From contig OX597832.1 in assembly GCA_951406725.2 (NCBI GenBank), positions 37,386,001 through 37,450,000 of the forward strand: a DNA stretch of 64,000 bases. Reading direction: 5' to 3'. The stretch's first letter is position 1. The number at the start of each line of letters is the position of its first letter. A model generated the notes under the pieces. That model worked only from the letters and a program-made list of their open reading frames with translations. It had not been told where the DNA came from and made no database searches. The stretch comes from Octopus vulgaris. Lineage: Eukaryota. The position numbers were made by a program, and so were the translations under genes. Below are positions 40,630-54,885 of the stretch, piece by piece.

Positions 40630-40971
40630 AACTGCAGATACAATATCACTGCATATCTCCCGTCTATTTTCATATAGATACTTTCTTGATAAACCAAACG
40701 TTTTGTCTGTTTTCGTTACGCTAGCTCCTGCCATACAAGCACAAACAATTTGACCTCTGTGAAAGTCCGATACATCTGACATTTTAATGTATTTTAATTA
40801 CTTTTTTCTTATGATATCTGAAAAGAAATTGCAATTTTAGCAAAACATATTAAGCAACACTAATAATAAATCAAAAGATATAAAAGTAAACAAGCTTTTG
40901 AGGGTTTTACAGATATTTCAAAATTATGATGTTAAGATGCTAGGTGTTTCCATTATTTTGTCCAACCCCTG
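40630..40971 (-). mobile_element. Tc1-like transposon 5' fragment
   Basis: Terminus ta|caggggttggacaaaataatggaaacacc followed by MSDVSDFHRGQIVCACMAGASVTKT...FGLSR (paired-like HTH). Confidence 0.85.
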
Positions 40972-41327
40972 TATATGTATATATGTGTGTGTGCATGTGT
41001 GTGTGTATGTGTGTGTGTGTGTGCGCGTGTGTATATATATATCTGGATAGATAGATATATACATATACATAATATATATATATATTTATACACACATATA
41101 TACATACCTTTATACATATATATATACATTCATATATATATATGCCTATACACGCACATAAATTATGCCTATCTCTCTCTGTGTATATATGTGTATATGT
41201 ATATATATATATGTATTATATATATATGTGTGTGTGTATATATATATATACTTCCGTAGGTACACACTCGCACAGAAACTCATATATGCATATTTAAATA
41301 TAAGTGAGTATATATGAGCACATACAT

Positions 41328-41375
<48 letters not shown>

Positions 41376-41540
41376 TGTATATATGTATGTATATTTACAC
41401 GTATATATATATGTACACACACACACATGTATATGTAAGAACGGTTGTCTGTGAGTTAGTCTGTGCATATGTATGTAGTCATGCAAGACAGTGTAAACAG
41501 CGGGTCAGGACGTCCCACAGCTCTCCTCAATGTGTCTTAC

Positions 41541-41647
41541 AATGCATCATGAATAATTGGTGGAGAGCAAGTGTGATTGTATCTGCCAGGACTTGAATTC
41601 TTGTTGCCACACAGAATAACGTTGCACTACCAAAGATGTGTGTTCGT
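41541..41647 (-). other. Candidate 107-nt exon
   Basis: catcctgttacag|ACG...CATT|gtaaga in a unique island. One open frame (RTHIFGSATLFCVATRIQVLADTITLALHQLFMMH). Confidence 0.25.
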
Positions 41648-42010
41648 CTGTAACAGGATGTATATGTGTGTCTCTCTGTGTGTGTGTGTGTGTATCTGTG
41701 TGTGTGCGCGCATCTGTGTGTGTGTGTGTGCGATTGGTGCATAGGGCCTGCAGCATGCGATGTGCGTTTTTATTATACAAAGTAAGGGAAAGTTTCGGCA
41801 TCTATTGTTCTATTGTATCGATCAAATTATACTTACTTCCAATATATTTCCTCCTCCAAGACAATAGTTCTAAGACATATATTTTTGTATACAGGAATAT
41901 ATAAATAGATTCGATTCGTATATACATATATATATATATGTGTATGTATATGTATACATATATGCATATATATGTGCGTATATATGTGTATATATACATA
42001 TACATATATG

Positions 42011-42044
<34 letters not shown>

Positions 42045-42443
42045 TATATATACATACATATATACACACACATATATATATGCATATATGTATATATATA
42101 CATACACATATATATATGTGTGTGTATATATATATATATAAATATACACAGACACACACATATACGTATGTTTGTATATGTAAATGTACGTACATATATG
42201 TGTAAATATATGTATATGTTTATGTATGCAAGTATGTATTTACACACACACAAACACACACACATACATACACACACACATACACACACAATCACACACA
42301 CACACGTGTATGTATATTGTATTCTGGTTGTAAATCATGTGGTTATTGTCAAGTAATTTATTGAACAAATACAAACACAAATGCAGATTCTCTCTATTCT
42401 ACTTTACACATACACATTCTGTATGTCTGCCTGTCTGTCTGTT

Positions 42444-42476
<33 letters not shown>

Positions 42477-42949
42477 CCTTCTGTCACATATACACAAATG
42501 TGCACACGCGCACACATACTCATGCGCTCACACACGTACACATACACACAAGAATAGATCGAAACACAGAAAAGTGCCCAACACACACACACGTCCTCTT
42601 CCCCCCCCCCTCTACAAAATAGTTCAGAAGTATTTTAGTCTCTATCTTAAATAGTTATTTTTATTCACTTCAGTTCATTACATTTTTTTTTCACTTATAT
42701 ATAAGGTGGAAAAAATAGAACTCGTAAACCGATGATTGAATAACATGCTCTTATTAAAGTCGAAAAAGTTTTCACAAACTGTTACTCAGAGCTTCACGTT
42801 ACCGTTTGTCGGTCAGTTGTGGTCATACATATATATATATATATATAAGTATATCTTTGTGTCTGTGTTATCCCCACCTTCCACAACATCGCTTGACAAC
42901 CGATGTTTGTGTGTTCACATCCCCGAAACTTAGCGGTTCGGCAAAAGTA

Positions 42950-43432
42950 GGAGAGAAGGAGAGTGAGGGGGCAGAGAGAAAGAGAGAAGATAGAAAGAGA
43001 GTAAGGGAGAAGAGGGGTGAAAAGATGTAGGAGGGAAGAGAAGTAGGAGTCGAGGAGGAGGTTAGATGAAAAGGGGAGGAGAGTTGAGCCCAAATGCGTA
43101 AAAGAGCGAAGAGAGAAGATTAATCCTTGTTCACGGTGCAAACTGGAGTCCGGATGGCCTCTGTGCAAGGACAATCCGAACACAGACAGGTGTTGCAAGG
43201 AGTGGCTGGTGGAGCGGAAATGGCGTGAGACTGGAGTGTCATTGCCGAGGCGGATGTCTCGGAGGTGTTCCGCGAACCGGTCAGCCAAGCGGCGTCCCGT
43301 TTGTCCGATGTACAAGGAATGGCAGAGAGAGCAAGAGATGCAATAGATGATATTGCTGGAGGTGCAGGTGAAGGAGTCGATGATGCGATAGGGTCCATGA
43401 TGGGTGCTGGTGAGGAGGGTGGTGTTGGAGAG
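42950..43432 (-). mobile_element. Penelope-like element 3' part with a nearly intact GIY-YIG endonuclease
   Basis: Open frame IIDSFTCTSSNIIYCISCSLCHSLYIGQTGRRLADRFAEHLRDIR...PVSRHF...REQGLIFSL, followed by a pyrimidine-rich 3' region. Confidence 0.93.
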
Positions 43433-43528
<96 letters not shown>

Positions 43529-43909
43529 AATTATCTATCTATTCTATCTATATATTTACATACATACGCACACACACACACATGTTGAGAGAGAGGTGAG
43601 TGAGAGAGAAAGATAGAGGGTGAGAGAGGGGATGAAAGAGAGAGAGAGAGAGAAAGAAGGAATGGGTGAGATAGAAATGTGTGTGTGCAATATTTTAAGT
43701 TAGTTTCCCAATTATCGATCTGTGTTCAAGTGAAACAGAAAAATGCCGAGGCGTGCTCAACACTGAAGAAGGCAAATGTCTTGGAATCACTACAAAATAT
43801 TTGGCAGTATTTACAAAGTTTGAAAAAATGTGTTAAAAATACGCATTGGGCTTCGAAAACTTGGTATTATCCGATTGGAAAAAAAAAAATAACATCAAAG
43901 GAAACGTCA

Positions 43910-44575
43910 TGACCACCAGGAGTATCACCGCCGCCATCATAACAAACAGCAGCAACAGCAGTAGCAAGGACCACAACAGCAACAGTAGCAATATCGTCAG
44001 CAGCAATATCCACAAAGACTATCACCATCGCAACCGACAACAACAACAACAACAATGACAATACCAGCGCCACTTCCAAAAAAAAAAAAAAGAAAACAGC
44101 TGCAATAACCACAAGATCAGCAACATCACCATTACCAATAATAACAAGAACAACAATACTACCACTCTCAAGAGCAGCAGCAGCAGCAACACCCCCGTCA
44201 CCACCACCACCACCACCACCACCACCACCTACACCACCACCACCAAAACCACCACTACCACTACCACGACGACGACCACGACGACGACCACGACGACGAC
44301 CACCACTAAAACCACCACCACCACCAAAACCACCACCACCACCAAAACCATCACCTACACCACTACCACTACCACGGCGATCACCACCACCATCATCACC
44401 ACCAAAACCACCACCACCACCACCACCACCAAAACCACCACCACCACTACCACCACCACCATACCACCAAGAACAAGAACAACGACGAAAACGACAGCAA
44501 TAACAATAACAACTACAACATCACCAACAATAAACAATGACGCACCATCACTACCAACAACCGCAACAACAACAA
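43910..44575. repeat. (CAA)/(CAG)/(ACC)n low-complexity region
   Basis: Seen directly. Confidence 0.9.
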
Positions 44576-44589
44576 CTTTTGCATCTCAC

Positions 44590-44786
44590 CTTGCTTAGCT
44601 GTAGTTTGCCATTTCCAACGGAAGCCAAGTGGAAGTTTCCCACCTATGATGGAGTTCTTCATAGAGTCTGGGAAGGTTTAGCTTCGGTCTGGCAGGGTAT
44701 GAGATCGATATAGCATCACTTCCGGATAGATGCTGGCTTTTCCTGACAGACACCTCTCAGTGTGTGGGTTCTGTCTTCAATTCCAG
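44590..44786 (-). other. Candidate 197-nt non-coding exon
   Basis: ttgttgacttcatctcag|CTG...CAAG|gtgaga. Stops in all three frames. Confidence 0.3.
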
Positions 44787-44986
44787 CTGAGATGAAGTCA
44801 ACAATCATAGAACAGAAATACTTCCCTTTCTCTGTGTGTGTGTGTACACTCCATATGTATGTGTGAATGTGCATGTATAGATGTATATATATATATGTAT
44901 ATGTATATATATATGTATGTATGTTTATGTATATTTATGTATGTATGTATATATCAATCATAAAAAAATTGTGCAGCAATACCCCC

Positions 44987-45039
<53 letters not shown>

Positions 45040-45122
45040 GACAGAGTTAAAAGATAGCTAGCTTGTATATACATACATGCATACATTCACACACACACAC
45101 ACAGGCATACGCACATACACAC

Positions 45123-45183
<61 letters not shown>

Positions 45184-47262
45184 TGCGTATATGTGTGTAT
45201 GTGTGTATGTGTGGTATGTGTCTGTGTGAGTCTATGTACATATATATATGTATATTTATTTTTATCTGTGTACATGACTACCTGTCCGTTTGTCTGTCTA
45301 TTTTCCCGTCTGTCAGACTAAATACTTTTTAAGGAAAATGCCAAAACTCATTATCACACTTTCTTCTTTCCCTTTTATGATTACTAAGCAAGGTTGGCGA
45401 AAAGGTTTCGATTGAAAATAGAAACCGTATAAAGAATTCATACCTTTATCGGACTCAGGCAATTCTGCCTGGGCAAATATAGAGATTCGGAGAATGAAAT
45501 TCCCTTAGTTGGTCTTCACTTTTTGTTTGGTTTGAGTCAACTTTTGGTTGCATATTAAGTTAACAGTCTTCAGTTACACACCGACGAAATGTACCTCCTC
45601 ATGGTATCTATCCATTGCTCAATGGAAAAGATGCGGTAATAAAATGTCTCACGTCCCAAATATATATTTACGGCGAGCTAGAATGCACTTTACTCCTGAG
45701 CCAATTCACAGAGAGGTAGACTGTATTTTAACGTGGTATCAATTCATATTTAAACGAACAGTACGTAATTATGGTACATACATGCAGATAGTACGATGTG
45801 ACTAAAGCAAGATACAGTCCAGTTTCTCTTTTGTATGGAAATCAGGAAGACTTCGATTCTCAGAAATCCTGATACAAACAAAAATATTCAAAGCTAAACG
45901 AGGCATAAGGCTGTACAAACGTAATCGGTTGAGTTAGAATATTGGATTTAGATTTGCAAAATAATAATCATATTATAAATTAAAAGATTGCCATCCGGTT
46001 CAGAAAACAGATGTAGTCTGTGGAGTTTACCCGAGTAGATCGCTGGTACATGTATTATTGTTCATAAAACGATAAATGGCAAAGGGTTTTGGGTGAAAAT
46101 TATCGGGTGTCATGTAGTAGATCGTGATAAGTGACTTAAATCTAATATAATCAATCGATTTAATGGTTTGCTTCTCTTAGTGTCGCTGCCAGAACTCTTA
46201 TAAAATAAGAGCTTACCAAAGAAAAGGATGGACTGATGTTAGCACCTTCTGCAAGAGCAGAAGTTATCTAAGAGAAGTTAAATGGCTTCATCTGAGATTC
46301 GAAACCTTATAGTTAAGCGGTTTGATAAATTTCAGGACTTTCTCTAGGCAACAGCATCTATATCAAATTATACCCCGAAAGGATAAAAGGTAAAGTCGAC
46401 CTCGGCGGAATTTGAACTCAGAACGTAGCGGCAGACAAAATACCGCTAGGCATTTCGCCCGGCGTCCTAACGTTTCTGCTGGCTCACCGCCTTATTCTCA
46501 AAAATATATTTGTAATGTATGTGTATGTGTACGTGTGTGTGTGTATGTGTGAAATGTTTGTGAATTTGCACCATGATATATTAAAATAATTTTAATTCTT
46601 TCAACAAAGACTTTGTATATCACAAAAAATAAATAGCAAATGAAAAAAAAAAGTTCTCTTGGGAATTCCATTGCCACATCATTCGTAGAATAAATTCTAG
46701 CACCATTAATTATAGTGCTCGTAGGAAAAATAACATACACAAAAATGGTAACGTTGAAGAAAAAAATGGCCACTGTGAATATTATGGTATTGAAAATGGC
46801 GGTTAAATAAACATATCAATTGAAGCAGAGCTTAAATAGAGCAGTTGTCCTTATTTATGAAACAGGCATTAAATTTATAAACTGAAACTTAGATGACAGA
46901 GCCCATTGTGGGCGAGTGAATAGAGTCACAGCTTTTCTTCTATATTCTCTGTGAGTTGTATCAGAATTAGACCAATGTTTTCTTTAAAAAAATACTTTGA
47001 AAACGGTTTCATATTTTCTTAGTACTTATTTTTTCTTTCGTTCAGCTATTTGATGATTCTTAAGTAAATATGGTCGGATGATTTACGCTAGTTTAGATAA
47101 AGATGAAATAAATGAGTGAAAGTTTTGCGTTGGAATTATAACAACGCAAAATAAAATCACACAAAAGCATATGTATACACACATAAGAAACATACATAGA
47201 CACATTTATTCATTCATACATACATATACATATATAGTCACGCATATTTGCATATATGTGTC

Positions 47263-47333
<71 letters not shown>

Positions 47334-47552
47334 GTTTATACATACATTCTCATGTATATACATATATATGTGTATGTGTTTATCTCCCCATCTCTCCTTA
47401 CTCTCTCGTTCTCTCTCACTCTCTCTTTCTCTTTCTCCCTCTTTCTCTCTTTATATACATGTACACACAAGCACACACACATACGAATATGAAATGAAAT
47501 ATTAAAGTTTGTGTAAAACTTATTACAATGGAAAAATTACAAAAAAGTATAC

Positions 47553-47592
<40 letters not shown>

Positions 47593-47617
47593 TGTGTGTG
47601 TATATATATATATATAT

Positions 47618-47662
<45 letters not shown>

Positions 47663-47959
47663 ACGTAGGCATGAATATGCATATATATATAAACATGACT
47701 ATAGATAGCACAACTCACTTTTATACACACAACATAAAACATTCAGACACAAGCCACCACACAGACAAACATAAATAGACGCCCCCCCCTCACACTTACG
47801 CGTACATGTCGTACAAATAACCATACATGCATATAATGAATACACACATGCATACAGAAGAAGCCCACAAACAAGTACGCACATTCACACACACACACAC
47901 ATAATTCATTACCTTATCTTTCTTCGTTGTTGACTTTTATAAAATTGTTTGAAGCACAT

Positions 47960-48023
<64 letters not shown>

Positions 48024-48063
48024 ACTACTACTACTACTATCAACATCATCATCATCATCATCA

Positions 48064-48127
<64 letters not shown>

Positions 48128-48136
48128 CAGCATCAT
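47960..48136. repeat. Compound trinucleotide array (ACT)(GCT)(ACT)(ATC)(ATT)
   Basis: Seen directly. Confidence 0.95.
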
Positions 48137-48386
48137 GTTTGTTCTTGTTGTTGTCTTACTGTAACGCTCTCCATTTTTAGTATGCTGTCCTGTATTTTTA
48201 AGGGTTTCCTCTATCTATTTAACTATTTATATATTTTGTCTTTTTACTTATTTATATATCATTTTATTACATCAACTAATATGAGTATCCATTGATTCGG
48301 CAGCTTCCGCCGGAAATATATATATATATATATATACATGTATGCCCGTGTGTGTGTATATATATATATATAGAGAGAGAGGGAGA

Positions 48387-48439
<53 letters not shown>

Positions 48440-48559
48440 ATATGAATAAGACGCAGCTCGGGGTATATAAAAAGAAATCGCACACACATACACAAGGTGT
48501 GTGTTTGTCTTTTTAGTTCGTGGCTCGGCTACGTTTCAGGCGTAAGAGAATATCCTCTC

Positions 48560-48830
48560 AATGCTCCTGGTGTTAGAAACACCAAGAAGTGAGTCATGGG
48601 CAACCGAGACGGCTAACATCAGGTCCTTTCTCGGAGTGATTTTTCGTGATTTCGCTGTATCTTATCTCTGATACTTTTGACAAGATGGGGTGTTCAGACA
48701 CTTCTTTTTCGGCCACATCCAGGTCAATCAGCGGTGGAACCAGTCTCTTGAAATTTCTCGACAATTTTTCAGACAGTTTACGGTTATGGTTGTATTTCGG
48801 TCTATAGTCATTATCTAATTCATAAATATG
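48560..48830 (-). mobile_element. Tc1/maT-like transposase N-terminal remnant
   Basis: TV*KIVEKFQETGSTAD*PGCGRKRSV*TPHLVKSIRDKIQRN (GRPR-like motif after the HTH). Confidence 0.7.
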
Positions 48831-48918
48831 AATTTATTTAGTCTGAAACAAAAAGAAAACACAATAATTTTTTTATGATGATGTATAATTTTCATATCTT
48901 ATCACATTTATTAATTGT

Positions 48919-48988
<70 letters not shown>

Positions 48989-48991
<3 letters not shown>

Positions 48992-49183
48992 TCGCCATGA
49001 TAGATCGATAGCCACTACACACATTTTTCCCTCCTTTATTCTCTCCTTGTTTTTTCTGTGTCCCTTTCTGTAGAAGAGCGTAGGCTCGAAAGGTAAAAGA
49101 CTTTTTCTATCCCTGAGCGTTATACTAATACATCTGTTTGTTTTGTACATCACCTGTCCTCGTCTTTTTCGTAAACTGTCCCT
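48989..49183 (+). mobile_element. Short PLE-derived element carrying a hammerhead (family A variant, copy 4)
   Basis: Between TA runs; hammerhead plus ccctgagcgt...ctaata box. Confidence 0.8.
49064..49099 (+). ncRNA. Type I hammerhead ribozyme motif, mutated (family A variant)
   Basis: cttt-CTGTAGA-a-GAGC gtag GCTC-GAA-AGGT-A-aaag. Stem I shows a compensatory change (cttt/aaag vs gttt/aaac); A6>U in the core. Confidence 0.7.
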
Positions 49184-49194
49184 ATATATACATA

Positions 49195-49695
49195 TCTATA
49201 TATATAAAACTGTAGTTGTGTGAGTGTCTGTCCCTTTCGATTTAGATTCCTAACTATTCCCACATTTTGCGGTGCAGTTTAACCAAATTCGGGTATCTTA
49301 TAGTCGTGATTCATATCGAGCCCGTCTGAGTATTAGCGCGCGTCTACGATGAGTCTACGATTTTAAAAATAATTTAACATCATTTTTTATTCCATTTTAA
49401 TGCATAATTTTTCGTGTGTCGATGGCGTCCATGGTCACACCTGCACCTGTTTGCTTCTCCCCCTTCTTCCCTCCCTCGTGAAGCTGTGGGGAAGGGAGTG
49501 TAAGTAAATCAACGTCGTAAAGCGTTGTCAAGAAGACCAGCGTTCTTTTAGAACAACGACTTCATGGCTTGAAGACACCAAAACAGAAATGGCTAAGAAA
49601 ACCCGAATTGGCATCTATAAGGGAAGTAACTCTCTAAAAATGCTTATATAGTTATTTCCCTTACAAACCCGAGCAACGCCGGGCGATACTGCTAG
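49195..49695 (+). mobile_element. Non-autonomous Helitron
   Basis: a|TCtatatatataaaa 5' end, subterminal GC hairpin cccgagcaacgccggg, 3' CTAG|t. Inserted between A and T with no TSD. Confidence 0.85.
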
Positions 49696-50889
49696 TATAT
49701 ATATATATAAAAAATCATTTAACGCCCGCTTCAGTTGAGTGTTGAAAGATATGACGGTCTGACGTGCGGCATACTCGCAATCGAGCTCCTGTGTCAAGTT
49801 TAACATGGATACCCTTCTTAACGCCAAGCGCTTTGCAGAGTGTACTGGATACTTTTCTCATACCAGCATCACTAATGAGATTTGCTGTGTAACTTGGAAA
49901 ACAGTAAAAGAACAGCGAAAAAGGAAAGCGGAAAAGCTCCTGCTACTAAAATGGGATTGTGTGGGGAAAGTGGATGTAGGTGGCTTTCTCCCAGGTGATG
50001 AAATGTTAAATTATGATTGAGGGACAAGCACAGGTGTCTTGCTACAGAGAAAATACATTGCCTAATGATTAGGCTGTTGCACTCACAATCGCTAGATCAT
50101 GGGTTCAAATCCTAGACCGGACGGTGCGTTGTGTTCTTGAGCAAAACATTTCATTTCACGTTGCTCCATTCACCATTTCGATCATGGGGGATTGTTGGCC
50201 TGCTCGCCTAGCCAGAGGGGTGGCGCCATTTGGAGGCTAAAACAATGCAAAGCGTACTGTGACCAGTGATATATAACAACGTCTGAAAGTCTGGTCGGTC
50301 ACGTGATCATGTGATCGTAAGGACAACTCACTTCAGGATGCGCAGGAAAGGTGTCAAGGACAGAACGACTACAAGAATACGAAATTACGCGAAAAGTTAG
50401 GCGCGTCAAATATTTAAGCCTAACATATATTTGAGATGAACAGAACATAGGATGGAGTGATAAAAAAGAAATGTTCAACAGCGAATGTCTTTTGACGAGG
50501 ATAAAATATAAACTACATGCCAGAGACACCTGTGCATGCATACACAGGTATATGTCTATATGTAACTCACTCTCTCTCTGTTTATATATATATATATATA
50601 TATATACAGACATAGCTATATGCGTGCGTTTATGTGTATATATGCCATGAAATCACATGTACCTTATTATTGTTATCGAATTTGATGACAAGTTACGAAT
50701 CTTCACTTTTGAATACCTTGACCAATCTCTAACTTCATCTTTGGCAAATAGCATCGGTCATATCACATCAGTACACGCACGCACACACATACATAGTGCA
50801 CATACAGGTGTTTCTAGAGTTTAATCTGTGAAGGGCACCCATGGCCCTTAACTGTTTGCATCAGTTCTGATATCTAAACCAGTGACATG

Positions 50890-51215
50890 GTTTAGATATT
50901 GGCAACTGTGATATTGACTCTGTGGATAAAATGATGTGAATTCGTTAGGAAAGGAAATGTTCCAGACATAATGGTCAGAGACAGAATGAAGCGTAGGTGG
51001 TGGTGGATTGGACCACAGGGTTCCGTTTCAGGCGACCGCTTAATACAAGGATAAAAACTGGGAGTCCAAGGCACAAGAATAAAATGAAGATCTGGATGAA
51101 CCTGGCTGAGAACACTGCAGAGGAATAGAGGACAACATGCCTGATCGGAGGCTGAAACGGAAGCACAGGATAAGCCGGGCTGGCTGAAATATGTGGAGGC
51201 TCGTAGGGTCAAGCT
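50890..51215 (+). mobile_element. Decayed RTE-like LINE 3' remnant
   Basis: MKRRWWWIG...*TWLRTLQ...EAQDKPGWLKYVEA. Confidence 0.65.
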
Positions 51216-51393
51216 GTACTGAGGGCTTAAGCAATAAATACAAATACAATCGCACATTTACATAATGAAAGTGAAACAGTCGTAAGGAAAGTGGAGTACT
51301 CAATATTTGGTTGTTAAGTGCGATGTATTCGTTCATTGATGGATGAAGGTTAGAATGTTACGTGACATCTCCACGTATTGCTAGTCATTGTGG

Positions 51394-51436
<43 letters not shown>

Positions 51437-51489
51437 ATCTGATAAGCTGCCTACCTATTTACTACCAAATTATATTTATTAGAATATGT

Positions 51490-51537
<48 letters not shown>

Positions 51538-51629
51538 ATGCTATTATATACATTTGTCTGTATCCTCTCTGTACGCACGCACACAAATATACATATATAC
51601 ACATATATTACATATATACATTCATTCAT

Positions 51630-51680
<51 letters not shown>

Positions 51681-51843
51681 AAGACATATATATATGTATA
51701 TATATATATATTTATGTATGCATATATGTACATATATAGTTATATGTATATATATGTAAATATATATATGTATATATAACATATATATAACATGTATATG
51801 TAATGCATATATATATTTATATGTTTATACGTATATGTATATG

Positions 51844-51942
<99 letters not shown>

Positions 51943-51977
51943 ATATCTATCTATCTATCTATCTATCTATCTACCTG

Positions 51978-52010
<33 letters not shown>

Positions 52011-52629
52011 ATAAATAGACAGCTACACAGGTAAAAATGGATAGGTAAACAGAGATGGCGTGGGGGAGGGAGGGAGGGAAGTGGAATCTTGACTGAGTGT
52101 ATTAGCTAGCTGTAGGTGTCAATTCCTTTTTGTAAACCCAGGGATAAAGAGAGTTCTTCTTTATTCTCCTATTTCCCTTCTGACGTGGAGACACACAGCG
52201 TTGCTTCCATGACGGTTTCGAATGCTGCCTGCTGTGCCGTTGAAATCTGCAAGAAAGATGATTTTGTCATGTTTTGAAATGTAGTAAATGAGGTTCGTTA
52301 TAGGTTCGTAAAAATACTTCCTCTTTCCTCGTCATGGCTGACGTGTATCTTCTCAACACAGTTCCGTTTATTTTTGCAAGCTTTCCACAATGGTCATCGA
52401 TTTATATACTCCCTTTTTTTTTTCTTTTTCCTCCATCATCATCTCTCTATCTCTCTGTCTCTCTCTCATTCTGTCTCCCCCTGTCTGTCTGTGTGTGTGT
52501 GTCTCTCTCTCTCTCTCACGATTTGCATCTCCTTGCGCGCGTGCACACACACAACACACACTCACTCACTCGCCCATATACACACATACACAGATTCATT
52601 TGTGCCAACCCGTTATTCCGCTGCCATCT

Positions 52630-53160
52630 TCCACCACCACCACCACCACCACCACTACTTCCACAACCACCGCCAACACTACCATCACCACCACCACCAT
52701 AACCGCCGCCGCCACCGCAACCGCCTCCACCGCAACCGCCTCCACCGCAACCGCCTCCACCGCAACCGCCTCCACCGCAACCGCCTCCACCGCAACCACC
52801 TCCACCGCAACCGCCTCCACCGCCACCGCCACTACAGTCACTGCCACCTCCGCCACTGCCACCACCACCACCGCCACTACCACTACCACCACCACCACCA
52901 CCACCACCACCACATTCATCAATACCAGCATTACGCCTGTCACTACCACTACCACTACTAACACATCTAACCGCTACCGCCACTGCCCTCGCCATCGCCA
53001 TCGCCACTACACTAGTAGCACCACTGCTGCAACTACCGCCGGAACCATGATCAACGATTCAACCACCACTACTAGCACAACTAACAACATCACCACAATC
53101 ACCACCGCCACCACCACCGCCGCCTACCATCATGAATAACAACAACTACAACAACAACAC
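52630..53160. repeat. (ACC)n-rich region with a 15-bp minisatellite (ccgcctccaccgcaa x~7, 52715-52822)
   Basis: Seen directly. Confidence 0.9.
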
Positions 53161-53353
53161 CCAGTTCCATTCATATTCTTCCATTTCCCAGTATCCATTT
53201 TTTCCTCTTTTCCTTCATACACCCTCACATCTTCAATGTTGTTGTTGTTCTTGTTGCTGCTGTTGATCTTAATAATGCTAGTGTTATGCTTTTTCCTTAT
53301 TGTTGTTATTACTGTTGCCAGGAATCGAGGATGTTTGTTCGTGTTGAAGCTGC

Positions 53354-53394
<41 letters not shown>

Positions 53395-53430
53395 ATATAT
53401 ATATATATATGTAATATATATATATATATG

Positions 53431-53470
<40 letters not shown>

Positions 53471-54039
53471 AGGTGTCTCTTCGGTTTCTAACATAAAACT
53501 TTGTTGCTATTTTCTGTTCCTACCTCCTATCTTTTTTTTTTTCTCTATGCAAGTATGTCCTGTTGTTGTTGTTACTATTGTTGATGTGGTTATCATTTTC
53601 TTCTTCTCTTTCCTGCTAAAGATTTTATCAGCGCATATTGTGTACATTACGTACACCAATTATATTCACGCTTACATTTATATGGACGAGCACACAGACG
53701 CACACATGTGTATATGTATCTATATGTATGTATGTATATATATATGTATGTATGTATGTATACAGATGCATATATATACGTATGTATATAATAGTGGATT
53801 ATGTACATACCCGTAATTTTATATATTTATGTTTGTGTATGTGTGTGTGTTTGTGTATATATCTATGTGTACAAAGATCTAGTATGCAATATATAAGTTC
53901 ATACATATGCATGTAGACGTATTTCATATGTATATAAACATCCTGCCTTATGTATATGTATATATGTACACACACACACGCACACACACGCACGCACGCA
54001 CTCGCATATATATAATCATACATACATTCTGCTATATGC

Positions 54040-54885
54040 GAGAGTTTGGACGCAATAATGGGAATACCACTTTTTGTATTGGCAACATGACAAAATCAAA
54101 ACTGTTCTAGTCTGTATTTATCTGTTAATATGTATTATGAATGCCTTGAGCTTCATGATATTGCCCTCCGTTTTTTCTTTGCAGATATATGTATTTAAAG
54201 AAGTTATAATGCGTGACCTATCTGGTTTCAAAAGAGAGCGAATTATTGGAGCACCAGTGTGGTTCGAGCTTCAGTCACTAAAGCTGCTGAATTGTTTTAA
54301 GATTAGAGGAGCAATCTCTGACGTCCAAAGCCAAAGTAAGAACAGCTATGGCAGGCATAATTCTGCACGGATGGAAAAGTTCTTAGAGAAGGATCACAGA
54401 ATAGGGAAATATATGGTGTCTAGGAAACAAAACCATTGAACGATGGTTGCAAAAATGACACCTGAGTTGAAGAACCAGCTAGCCAACCTCATGAGAACCA
54501 AGATTCAATAATGCACTTATTCACTCGGTTTTTGTTATTCAAAATCGAGGTAAAGAGAACAAAAGCGACGTGGACCACAACCATAAAAAAAAAAGAAAAG
54601 AATTCCCCCTTTCCCAATCAACATATCTCAATATAATCGATCATTTATGGTGCATTTTGGAGCAGCTAATCAGAAGTCGCTTCTCTCTTCAGACATCGCT
54701 AAAAGAACTAAAGCAAGTTTTACTTGAAGTAGGGCTCAAAATTCCTTTAACAACCGTTCAGCACCATAATGAGTCAATTCCTCGACATATTAAATCTGTG
54801 TTTGATGCCAAGAGTGGACCAACGCCATACTGAATAATAAAACTTCCGTTTAACTAAGGGTTCCCATTTTTCTACCCAAACTCTG
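54040..54885 (+). mobile_element. Internally deleted, decayed Tc1-like transposon with both TIRs
   Basis: TIRs gagagtttggacgcaataatgggaa and ttcccatttttctacccaaactctg|ta. Coding remnants MRDLSGFKRERIIGA and LNIIDHLWCILEQ...ESIPRHIKSVFDAKSGPTPY. Confidence 0.88.

Noticed and set aside
44770-44796. Minus-strand catctcagctggaatt, resembling miR-216
   Set aside because: Seed mismatch and no hairpin.
45403-45473. Three consecutive small hairpins
   Set aside because: Stems of 6-8 bp with no recognisable RNA family motif.
52105-52246. Minus-strand acceptor followed by a frame containing LYPWV (Hox hexapeptide-like)
   Set aside because: No donor site and no homeobox in the window; the short motif is expected by chance.
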